DNA of 64,000 nucleotides from the human T2T-CHM13v2.0 reference genome, Homo sapiens, in assembly GCF_009914755.1 (NCBI RefSeq), contig NC_060940.1. One strand, written 5' to 3'. The position numbers and the translations under genes are program-made. Of this stretch, positions 45,090-58,586 are shown in pieces (the first letter of the stretch is position 1; every line of letters begins with the position of its first letter). The notes under the pieces are model-generated. The model made no database searches. It was given only the letters and a program-made list of their open reading frames with translations, and was not told the DNA's origin.

Positions 45090-45590
45090 TTAATAAATCA
45101 CTATATATTAATTACTTGCTGTATGCCATGCTCTGTCATATGTGCTGTGGATAGAGCTATGAGCAAAACAAAATAAAAAATGAGTGTGGAATATAGGAGG
45201 AACAGAAAGAAGGCTATTAATTGCTTAATTGATGCTACTGAGAGCCTGGAGCTCAATACCAGATGAGACTGCGAGGGAGGGAGGCAGGGGCCAGGATGTG
45301 GAAGACTGTGGGATTTTATTCCAGGTAAAACGGTAAGCCACTGAGAAATTCTAGGCAAAGTGGAGGTTGTCATTATCATATTTAATATGATCACTCTAAC
45401 TGCTCTATGAAGATTGAATAATTGGAAGGTGAGGATGGGAGCATGGAGAATAAGGAGGAGGTTACTGCAGTTATTTAGGCAAGACGTGGAAGTAGCTTGA
45501 CTAGCCTGATAACAGCAGAGACAGAGAGAACTGTTTAGATTTAGAATATGTTTAGGGTTAGAGCTAAGAGGACTCATGGATCATGAGGAT
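45090..45590 (-). mobile_element. L2
   Basis: gatcactctaactgct...aggaggaggttactgcagt antisense L2 pattern. Confidence 0.65.
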
Positions 45591-45799
45591 GCATCTTAAA
45601 AAAGAAGCTCAAAGCTTGCTTCCAAAAGAACCAAGGAGAACATCGCAAATTGTAAGATTTATTATGATTCTCACCTGCCCACACAGGCAGGGCTGAGGCA
45701 GCTTGCAGTGCCCACCCAGGTCCTCTGGTGTAGAGGCAGCCATTTTTGCTCTGGACAGACTTGTCCTGGGGCCTGTGCACCACCGCTGCAGAAACGGGC

Positions 45800-46060
45800 A
45801 GATGCAGCCTCAAAATAAATGAATCTCCTTGTGCCAGGTAGCTGGCCTCCTCATAAAAGGATGGATTGGACTGGTTAGAGAGATCTCGACACTTGTGTTG
45901 CAGATCCATTAACGTCAGCCACACGTTAATTCTGAGCAATTTCCAGGTGATCCAATAATTCATTAAACTGACAAAAACAAATCTTTGGAAAACCAAGCTG
46001 GTGACAGATAGAAAGCCAATGATTTATTGTCTGGAGAGGAATAAGTGTCTTCCTTTCCAT
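45800..46060. promoter_or_regulatory. candidate enhancer with MEIS + PBX-HOX motifs
   Basis: TGACAG 46002-07, TGATTTAT 46020-27, CTCATAAAA 45850-58; repeat-free; motif evidence only. Confidence 0.35.
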
Positions 46061-46194
46061 TCTTCAGTCTGTTGAGTGGATCGAAGTGTGCAGTAAGAAC
46101 AAGGTAGGTGTGAGTTCTACTTAATGGGCATTGTTCAGGCCCAATGTGGCATTCATGTCACACTGCTTGCTTCATAAAGTATTTGGGGGAAGGA

Positions 46195-46440
46195 AGTATA
46201 ATGTAGCAGGAAGACCTGGACACTGAGGTTGGGTAAAACTGAGTTTGACTTCCTCCTCTGCCAGTTATTAGCTTCTGTGACCTTGGGAAAGTCACTCCAC
46301 CTTTCTGAGCCTCCACTGGTTCATCTCTTCAACTGGGGTAATAATATATTTTCTCCTGTACTCATGTCTGCATATAATAAATGAATATGATGAAGTACAA
46401 TGCCTAGAACATTATAGGATACTCAATGAATAGCTAACGT
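46195..46440 (+). mobile_element. MIR
   Basis: tgtgaccttgggaaagtcact...ctgagcctc. Confidence 0.8.
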
Positions 46441-46494
46441 TATTGTTATTTGTGATAACAAAGAAGATGGGTGAGCTTTTTTTCCTTTGGTGTG

Positions 46495-46888
46495 TATATT
46501 AGTTCATTCTCACAGTGCTATAAAGACATACCTGAGACTGGGTAATTTACAAAGAAAAGATATTTAATTAGCTCATGATTCTGCAAGGTGTACAGGCTTC
46601 TGGTTCTAAGGAGGCCTCAGGAAACTTATAATCATGGCAGACAGTAAAGGGAAGTAGGCACATATTCACATGGCCGGCAGAAGAGAGAGAGAGAAAGGGG
46701 AAGTGCTACACACTTTCAAACAACAGATCTCGTGAGAACTCCGTCATGAGACAGCACTAGAGGGATGATGCTAAGCCATTAGAAACCACCCCCATGATAC
46801 AATCACCTCCCACCAGGCCCCACCTCCAACACTGTGAATCACAATTCAACATGAGATTTGGGTGGGGACACAAAGCCAAACCATATCA
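46495..46888 (-). mobile_element. MSTA-type MaLR solo LTR
   Basis: cctgagactgggtaattta...cacctcccaccaggccccacctccaacact...gccaaaccatatca. Confidence 0.9.
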
Positions 46889-47789
46889 ATGTACATACAT
46901 CAATGTGAGCCTACAACAAGGCATTGTCTGTATTCATACTGATGCTGCAAGAATGTTATAGAATACTTGCCTAGACATGCAAAGAGAGGAGACATCCAAG
47001 ACAGCACTTTTTTTCCAAGGCAGAGTCTGAGAAAAAATGGGAAATCAGAAGACTAAGAATATGAGTGATAGGATTTGGGGGGTGCTGGTGAATAGGAATA
47101 AAAGGGCCCTAGGCTTAAATAGAAGAATTAAAGGAGGACAGCTTGGGAACTTACTTCCAAGCAGCAGCGGAGAGGATGAGTCATGTGAAGAACAGAATAA
47201 TACTTAGAAAATGATGCTGCAATTGGTTTGAAGTCTGGATGGAGAAGGTGACTTCTGAACTTAGACCTGCAATATGTCAGGTGTGGAGGAGACCTCAGAC
47301 ACCAAATGGAAGAACTGATTTTCTTTAAACTCTTGTACTTTTGGCTGTTCACTATCCTTTTCATCATCTGGTAATAGCATTTCTGTATTCCCTAAGGGCC
47401 CACCCCTCAAAGGTGCATACGTATCTCATTTTCTGTATCCTTTCAGCTTTTATTTATGGGAGCTCTATCACAGCTATAGCAATTCTGGACAGAAATTGTG
47501 ATTTTCTCAGCTGAAAATACCTAAAAGCCACAAAGATGCCTGAAAGGGATGAATTACCATGGATTACTGTTCTCATAAATAGATTCCTGGTCTAACTAAA
47601 TGCATTTAGGGGAGTATCTGTTGGAAATCCATTAGACAAGGCTTAGTTGGAGCCCATGGACCCTAAGAACCTCCAAGAGGAACTCTGAACTTTGGCACCC
47701 CCAAAGTGTGTATGAGAAGCCTTTAACTTGGCCTGTCTTCTAAAGATTGAAAATGAGTTTGAAATCATAGGAGGCCTGGGAATGCTTAA

Positions 47790-48250
47790 AGTATAACTTG
47801 CCCACCATTGGAGGTATGCTCCCAAGTATTCACCAGTTCTTTCTGTAAGAGAATCATACAACTCTCCACTATTGTAATGGGGCTTGGGCTGCTTTCTGAG
47901 GGGGGAGTAGACTTTTTGACTCACTGATGTCAGGTTTGTCCCTGTGACTTGTTTTAGCCAATGGCATATGAGTCAATGTACTGCAAACCAAGTTCAAGCA
48001 GAAGTTTTATAATTGTATGTTTTTATCAGCCCTCTTTCTCTTTCCCTCTGACCCATGAATGCCATGTCTTTGATAGAGGAAGTTGCTTCAATCTGGATCC
48101 TGGAATCAGAAGATGTATGGAGCAGAACTGCAGCTGAGCTGTGACTACCAGCATAGGATAAAGAGAGAAAAAAACCTAAGTTGTTGTAAGCTGCTGAAAT
48201 TTTGGGGATGCTTGTTACACAGTGTCATCTAGCAAAAACTAACTGACATA
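47790..48250 (+). mobile_element. old MLT1 (H/I-like) LTR
   Basis: tgtgacttgttttagccaatgg...gttgtaagctgctgaaatttgggg...aactaactgaca. Confidence 0.7.
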
Positions 48251-48739
48251 GGAAGTGAGAGCAGCCACTAACTCAAAAGCTGGTCATTAAACATTATAAC
48301 AGCAGCCAGAGATTTTTTTGAATGCTAACTCTTCCAACTTAATCCCGTGATATATTAGCCCTGCTCTTTCCGCTGATTCAAGAGTTTGACGGCTCAATGG
48401 ATCTGATCTTTGCAGTCTAAGTGCATGTGAAGAGTGTGTGTGTGTGTCTGTTGTGTGTGCATGTGTGAAGCTTCTCACGTTGTGCCCAAGTCAGAAGGAC
48501 ACATGTTCCTGCTTAAAGCTTGGATGACTCCATCTTTAAGAGTTGTGCTTCCCAAAGTAATTATACGTAGTCAGATGTTCATCATTCAGGGGCTGATTAT
48601 TCCACCTCTTTCTTTCTCAGTATGGATTTGAATCATCTCATGTACATCACAGCTGAAGACAATAGTGACTGCAAGAAACTAAAGGCAAAGCCCAAAGTCA
48701 CTCACTTGCCTATTGACTAGTCACTGTCAGAAGGGAACA

Positions 48740-48910
48740 ACAATTACATGCCAAGCACTGTCTAGGTGCTGAACATACATGATTGAATGTAATTTTTATG
48801 GCAATTCATAAGTATCATTGTTCCCATTTTACAGATGATGAAACTGAGGCTCAGAGATATTAAGCCTCTTGCCCAGAATCATATAACTTGCAGGTAGAGT
48901 TGGAATAGAG
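48740..48910 (-). mobile_element. MIR
   Basis: cccattttacagatgatgaaactgaggctcagaga. Confidence 0.85.
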
Positions 48911-49584
48911 CATAAGGTATTTGTCTATGTTTTTCCTGACTTTAGTCAATACAAAAAAACTTAATTTAAATGGTAGATAATGTCAAATAAGATGAAAACA
49001 ACATCTATATACCATTTAGAAGTATTTGGGCTGAGGAGTTCCTGTATAATAATGTGATAGAAAAATGGAAGCTAAGAGGCAAACTCACAGTCTTGAGATC
49101 ACAGAGAGAAAGAACAAGAAAAACCAACACTGAGGACCAGCCCTTTTGTCCACTGTGCCTAAATAGGCTCCCTGGAAGATCTTGCAGAATGTGGTAGCAA
49201 TGGAGGGTGAGAAGACTCTATTTCTATTTTAGGAGATTTCTCCTTTCGCTCAAAGTAAAAAAGCAACAGCTTTTGTTTAAACCCCTAAACAAACTGTTTA
49301 TTCTCTTACCTCATGCGAGGAGAAACTGAGAAATGCATGACGGTGCACTTTGAGTGGTAATATTGTCCTCAGCCCATGTTATTAGTGATGCAATGGAGGT
49401 ACTTACCACTGACATACATTTGTGATAATTTATAAGACTGGTTAGCTCACACATTGCATTTGAACTCTTGCCTGTCTAGAGAGTTTCTTGAATATAAAGC
49501 AATCACCTAACTTGAAGCCAAAGTAAGAGTGAAAGAAATCCCAGAATATTCTAGGTTTGGCAAGTGCTGATGGATTACTTAGTT

Positions 49585-49800
49585 CTGTGGTTCTCAACAA
49601 GGGGGAATTTTGCACCCACAAGGCAATGTCTGGAGACATTTATGTTTATTACAACTGGGTGGAGCGGGGAAAGTCACTACTGGCAGCTAGTGGGTAGAGG
49701 CCAGGGATGCCGCTGAACACCCTACAATGGACAGGACAGCCCTCCTCAACAGAAAATTGTCTGCTCCAAAATGTCGGTAGTGCTGAGGTTGAGAAATCCA
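49585..49800. mobile_element. MER20
   Basis: gtggttctcaac...ggcaatgtctggagacatt...gaggttgagaaa. Confidence 0.88.
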
Positions 49801-49899
49801 GACTACCTCAATGCTCCTGCTTTGACCAACATCCAGAGGCAAAAAGTGGCTTACTCAATATCACACAGCAAGTTAGTGCAAGATCTGGGCAGCAGAATA

Positions 49900-50170
49900 A
49901 TCTGCAATTGTTAGAAGCACAGGCTCTGGAATCTGAATGTTCGGCTCTGGAATCTGAATGTTTGGCTTTGGAATATGAATGTTTGGCTCCAAATCTTGGG
50001 TTTGATTCTTACTAACTGAGGAACCTTGAGCAAGTCACTTAGGCTGTCTGAGCCTCAGGTAGCTCATCCAGAAAATAGGGAGAATAATGGCACCCATCAA
50101 AAGGTCTTTGAAGAGGATCCAATGAGATAAAGCACATAAAGGACTTGGCATAGAGTGTATGTACAGTATG
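49900..50170 (+). mobile_element. MIR with a 21-bp x3 tandem repeat in its head (49922-49990)
   Basis: ggctctggaatctgaatgtt(c/t) x3; ccttgagcaagtcactt...gagcctcag. Confidence 0.82.
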
Positions 50171-50476
50171 TTTTCCATTTATCATTAGAATTCTGTACTT
50201 TCTTAGCAGGATTCAGGTAAAACACATCATTTTAATTTCACTAATATAGGAAAAGAAATTTCTAATTAAACATTGTCAGCTTTTTCTATGTCCTGTTAGA
50301 GGAGAAATCTCTGAATCACTAAAGACCAATTCAATGATCTCTTTAGTCTCATGAATGTAATCCAAGGAGGCGCCACTAGGTATGAAGAAAGGGTGCATGC
50401 AGCAGAACACAAACATTTTTCTCCTTTAGTTTGATAAGCTCAACACTGCTATGCACTATTATAAAGTGATAGAGGG

Positions 50477-50604
50477 TGTAGTACGCTGATTAATGACCCT
50501 TCTTTGATCTCATCCCCAAAGATATCCAAGTTCTAATCCGTAGATCCAGTGACTGTTCTCTTATATGGAAAAGGGGACTTTGAAGCTGTGATTAAGTTAA
50601 GGAT

Positions 50605-50648
<44 letters not shown>

Positions 50649-50997
50649 TTGAATTATCTGGGTTGGCTCTAAACGTTATCACAAGGATCCTTGTAAGAGG
50701 AAGCCAAGATGGTCAGAGGAGGAACAAGGTGAAGTGACCATGGAAGCAGGGCGGGGAATGGTGATGTGATGTGTAGCCATGAGCCAAGGATTGAGGATAG
50801 CTTCTAGCAGCTGGAGAGGGCAGGGAGGCAGATCTTCCCCTAGAGCTTCCAGAAGGAGCCAGACCTACCAATACCTTGACTTTAGATTCATTTGGGACTT
50901 CTGACCTTCAGAACAGTAAGAGAAGAGGTTTGCTTGAAGCCACCACATTTGCAGTAAGTTTTTAATTTGTTAACAGCAGCAATAGGTAACTATTACA
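50477..50997 (+). mobile_element. MLT1D-like solo LTR containing (AG)n at 50607-50642
   Basis: gggactttg..gtgattaagttaaggat; cagcagcaataggtaactattaca; 5-bp TSD gaggg. Confidence 0.88.
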
Positions 50998-51643
50998 GAG
51001 GGTTATTCATTGCGGGGAATGGAGGGCACATTTACACAGGGGGCTGAGTCCCTTTCTGGGGAGAAAGGAATTGAGATGCTGACCCCATTCATTGTTGAGG
51101 TTCAAGGTTATCCGATATCTCTGCTGACTCATGTGGCTGTGACTGAGGTCAGCCGGCAGCACAAACCATGAGGGACAAAAGAGGGGGACTCACCGCAGTG
51201 GAAGAGACAGCTGGACTTGGGACACAAGAGGAGACTAAGGCTTAGGTTGTCCTGGGAGGGAGGCTGGTCCTGGAGAGTGTGAGGCCATGGTTGAGACCTT
51301 TCTAGAAACATGACTCCAGATGCAAGTTAGGAACCATGGCCTGTTATGATGAAAAATCTGGAACAGACATTGTCTTAAGATGGGGAGAGATGACCATAAG
51401 TGACAGACCTGAGAAACCACAGCATCAGTTTTGGGTCAATGCACAGTGGAAGTACAGGGTGCTGTTCTGATGGACAGATTTGAACCGCAGCATCCTGGGG
51501 GCAGCGTTATAGTGAGAGGGAGAGAAAACAGAAGCACCAAGGATTTTAGCAAGTTATCAGGCTAAACTGAGGAAAACAGCACCCCCTCCTGCTACAACCA
51601 TAGATGGACATGACATTGTAAACCCATCAAAATACCCAGCAAG

Positions 51644-51945
<302 letters not shown>

Positions 51946-52166
51946 CCAGAAAAGCCTGAAAGTCAGTGAAGGAACTCCTCAGGGGCCAGAGATGACAGCC
52001 AGGCTGTAGTGGTGGTATGTAAGTTTCAGAGATCTGATTATGGGCCAGGAGACTGCAGTATGGGGTTCAAACACAGAAATGGGAAGTGAATTCAGGCTCG
52101 CAAAAGGCAGAGAACTGGGGCAACTCTCCCTAAAATCTAGAGAAGTGGCTCTCCTTAGGTTAGTAC

Positions 52167-52801
52167 TGTCAGAGGCATTTGAACCAGAGTGACCCCATCT
52201 TGAATAAGGGCTGGGTAAAATAAGACTGAGACTTACTGGGTTGCATGACCAGGAAGTTAGGCATTCTTAGTCACAGGGTGAGATGGAAGATCTGCGCAAG
52301 ATACAGGTCACAAAAGCCCCGTTGACAAAACAAGATGCAGTAAAGAAGCCAGCCTAAAGCCACCAAAACCAAGGTGGTGATGAAAGTGACATTTGGGCAT
52401 CCTCCCTGCTCATTATATGCTAATTCGAATGCATTAGCATGCTAAGAGACACTCCCACCAGTGCCACGACAGCTTACAGACGTCATGGCAATGTCCAGAA
52501 GTTACCCTATGTGGTCTAAAAAAGGGAGGAACCCTCAGTTCTGGGAACTCCGCACCCCTTTCCCAGAAGACACATGAATAATCTACTCCTTGTTTAGCAC
52601 ATAATCAAGAGAGAACTGTCAGTATACTCAGTCACGCAGCCCATACCACTGCTCTGCCTATGAAGTAGCCATTCTTTTGTTTCTTTACTTTTCTAATAAA
52701 CTTGCTTTCACTTTACTCTGTGGACTCCCACTGAATTCTTTCTTGCGTGAGATCCAAGAACTCTCTCTTGGGGTCTTGATTGGGAGCCCTTTCCATTAAC
52801 A
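52167..52801 (+). mobile_element. MER41B ERV1 solo LTR, full length (635 bp)
   Basis: tgtcagaggcatttgaaccagag...ccatcttgaata..ggctgggtaaaata; AATAAA; TG...CA ends; 4-bp TSD gtac. Confidence 0.9.
52539..52568. promoter_or_regulatory. tandem GAS (STAT) motifs in MER41B
   Basis: TTCTGGGAA 52539-47 and TTCCCAGAA 52560-68, both fit TTCN3GAA. Confidence 0.7.
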
Positions 52802-53560
52802 GTACTGCCTCCTAGGGGGACATTTGGGGAGGTGGGGGTGGGCGTGTTTTTTATGTTTCTGTTATGATGGCAGGAGGCACCAGTAGCATTTAGTTGGTAG
52901 GAGCCAGGATACCAGACATCTGGTAATGCCCAGGGCAGTCTGACTCAAACAAAAAACTCCTGCCAGCCTGTGCAGAGTTCAAATGCCCGCTGAGAATTTG
53001 CATAGGCAAAAAAATCCATTCATTACTCTAAGCCTATTGCTATCTAGGTGAACTCTTCTACACATAAACGTAAGACTTTTTTTTTTTCACTTTTAATACA
53101 CACTAAAATTTTCAGAAATTTCAATACGATGAAAATCAAGGCAAGCTGGTACTTTATATGTTTGGGACCACAGGAAGAGTGGTTCACTATCTTGGAAAAT
53201 CACGTTACCCATGGCAACACCGGTCCTGGTGTTTGCATCACCCTATCTGCCCCCATTTCCGCCTGTGTTCGTAGTTGTCACAGCTGTGGTGATTCTACAC
53301 TCAGGTTCATGCATTTTATTATTCCATTAAGTCTCATTGTGCCTCAGCAGTTACTCGCCCTGATGCCCTGATACCGCGTATGTGAGTTAGGAACCATGGG
53401 TCTCTGGTGGATGAAAAATACATATGATAATAAATTAGTTTTCAATTTTTAATATAACATGGCATTTTTAAATAGTTACGAGTAGGTTCTATTAGCTGTG
53501 ATTTTCATTTCAAAACAGTAAGGAAGATATTACAAATTGTTTACTAGAAAAACAGCCATT
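52802..53560. mobile_element. MER20B-like hAT element (host of the MER41B)
   Basis: tactgcctcctagggggacatttgg...gagccagggat-like...cactaaaattttcagaaat; first about 25 bp lie left of the LTR. Confidence 0.55.
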
Positions 53561-54169
53561 GGATCAGGTCAGATTGAAAGTCATTGGCCTGGCATCTCCA
53601 AGAGCTGTCCCATCCATTGCAGAGGAAAGGGAAAGATTCTGCCAGCCAGCCTGGGGGAACTGCAAGGAGGCTGTCTGTCTATTGTCTGTCTGAGTCCTCT
53701 GGATGCAAGAGAAGAAAAATGTCACCTGTGAATAAATCAACCCCTGATCACTGGTGGCCTCTGCAGGGTAGAGGTTCCACAGTCTGGGAAATGAACACAG
53801 CCACTGTTGAATGAAGTCAAAAAGTCACGGTCAGCAAGCTGGGAACAGAGAGAGGCAGGTAGACTTGGTAACCACAGAGCTTAGTGACCCTCCATGGGGC
53901 TGTCAGCGTGCTGGAAGAGTTGGAGAGGCAGGGAGCTCTCTCATAGAAACTTCTTGGCAGCCCTGTAGTCATCCAACAGAGAATTTCAAAAGCTCAGGGG
54001 AAAGGCACAGAAATCAGTAATTCATGATAACCCAACCCTGGGATGCAAAAGAAGTTGTAGTTATAAATTCACTTCCTAGTAAGGGGGCAGGTTGCGAGGT
54101 TCACTAATCCTCATTTGCTTCATCTGCAGAAGAGGCAAAAGAACATCAACTTTGTCAAGACCGGAGACT

Positions 54170-54380
54170 CTTGACTGGAGGAGACTTTCCCAAGGACATT
54201 CTGTCATGTCTGGAGATATTGTTGATTACTGCGGAGATGGGGGTGGAGGGGTTGCTACTGACATCTGGAGAGGAGAGGCCAGGGATGTCGCTGAACACCC
54301 TACAATGCACAGGACAGACCCACAATAAAGAATTCTTTGTTTCCCAAATGTCAGGAGGGCTGACATTGAGAAAGCCTGGA
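54170..54380. mobile_element. MER20
   Basis: atgtctggagatatt...gaggccagggatgtcgctgaacaccctacaatgcacaggacag. Confidence 0.85.
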
Positions 54381-54814
54381 GGAAAGAACAAAGGTCATGA
54401 AATGATGCTTAAAAAGAGCTGGCATGACTCCTGGCTCCTTATGGGGGCTCAGGAAATATGACTGCCCTGCTGGAGTCTAAGCATCCACGGGTGTTGCTAT
54501 TTTCAGACCTGGAAGTAAGGGAACACCGTCACCATTGATTGCATTAATTGCTACAGATATCATCACCATTGTCCTTGTTGTGATTATTACTAATGGCTGG
54601 TATTTACTGAGACCTTGCTTAGTGAGGTCCTGTTCTCTGTGCTTTTCATGTTGTGATTCACAACTCTGTGAGGTATATGAGGTAGTTCTTATTATTACCT
54701 TTATTTTGCATAGAAGTAGTTGAGTGCCTATATAAGAGGAGCTGACCACAGGCAGTACACTCGTATGTCAACCATTTTCACAGGGTCTTTTATTTGTAAT
54801 CAATCAATTAATTA

Positions 54815-57105
<2,291 letters not shown>

Positions 57106-57257
57106 TTGTTGACAAACTGAGATTCTAGATTGCCTGTCTTAAACTTCTTTAGTTTCTCTAGAATGTCTAGCACATAACTGGAAAATAGAAAAGGAGAGAA
57201 ACTAAACATTTATTTGGTTCCAAGCACATATTTGTGTATATACATATATTTGTTTCC

Positions 57258-58015
57258 AGTTGATTCTCATTATTTGCAGATACTGTATTGGTGATTTTGC
57301 CTATTCACAAAAATTTATTCATAATCCCAAAATCAGTACCTGCTGTGCTTTTGCAGTCATTCCCAGGCATGTGCAGAGTTGCAAAAAAGTTGAGTTACCC
57401 ATTGTGTTTATCCCACCTGAGACCCAACAAGGCCAGAATCTGCTTTCTCGGTTCTACTCTCATACTATAAATGAGTATGCATCTTGAAGTTTACTTAGCG
57501 CTATGCTTTTCATACTTTTGTGCCTTTTGCTGGTGGTTTTTGCTGTTTAAAATGGTCCCCAAGCCTAGTGTTAAAGGGCTATCTAGAGTTCCTAAGCTCA
57601 AAAATTCTGAATGAATGAGAGTTTGCATAGATAACAGTAATGTTAACTCCTTCAAGACCAAGGTTTCTCAAGGTTTCTTTGTTTGGTACCATGTCAAACA
57701 AAGATGCAAAGTGTTGCACTTTGTGATGTGGTTTATGGAGAAAAATATATATTTGTTAGATAAGCTTCGTTCAGGCATGAGGTATAGTGCTGTTGGTTGT
57801 GCATTCAATGTTAATGAATCAATATATATTAAATAAGGTGTCTTTACACAGAAATATATAAAACAAAGTTATGTATTGATCAGTTGATGGAAATGTCATG
57901 ACTGGAGGCTCAAAAGAACCAAACCTATATTTCCCCCCAGGAGTAATGGTTCAGTATTTAATAACTTAGTGGTTGTGGAGACATTATTGAACCTAATCAT
58001 AGCAAATAATAAGAA
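57258..58015. mobile_element. MER82 (TcMar-Tigger) with an internal insertion of about 115 bp
   Basis: cagttgattctcattatt...ttagataagcttcgttcaggcatga...ttatgtattgatcagttga...aataataagaat. Confidence 0.8.
57608..57671 (+). repeat. 64-bp copy of 61414-61477
   Basis: hand alignment 58/64 identical, ungapped, offset 3806 bp. Confidence 0.9.
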
Positions 58016-58019
58016 TATA

Positions 58020-58029
58020 CACACAGAAA

Positions 58030-58067
<38 letters not shown>
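58020..58067 (+). repeat. (CA)n microsatellite
   Basis: directly visible. Confidence 0.95.
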
Positions 58068-58069
<2 letters not shown>

Positions 58070-58261
58070 TTTTGATCTCATTTTGTATTTCCAGCCACCT
58101 GTAAGGTAGGTACTATTATGGCCACTTGACAGATGAGGACACTGAGGGTCTGGGAAGCCAGGCAGTTTGCCAATGATCACAAAGACCCAGAAACCAAACC
58201 CAGTTTAGCCAGAATTAATCTTCCATGCTCTTTCTAGAGAATGTCAACTTTTTTTCTTTGC

Positions 58262-58586
58262 TTTTCTTTTTTTTTTTTTTTTTTTGAGACAGGGTCTCAC
58301 TCTGTCCCCAAGGCTGGAATGCAGTGGCAGGATCATGGCTCACTGCAGCCTCAACTTCCCAAGGCTCAGGTGATCCTCCTGCCTCAGCCTCCCAAGTAGC
58401 TGGGACCACAGCCATGTGCCACGATACTAGGCTAATTTTTTAATTTTTTTTTTTTTTTTTTTTTTTTTTACAGATGGGTTCTCACTATGTTGCCCAGGTT
58501 GGTCTCAACCTCCTGGGTTCAAGCATTTCACCCACCTCGGCCTCCCAAAGTGCTGGCATTACAGGTGTGAGCCACCATGCCCAGCC
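58262..58586 (-). mobile_element. AluJ
   Basis: gatcatggctcactgcagcctcaac; expanded middle T-tract. Confidence 0.9.
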
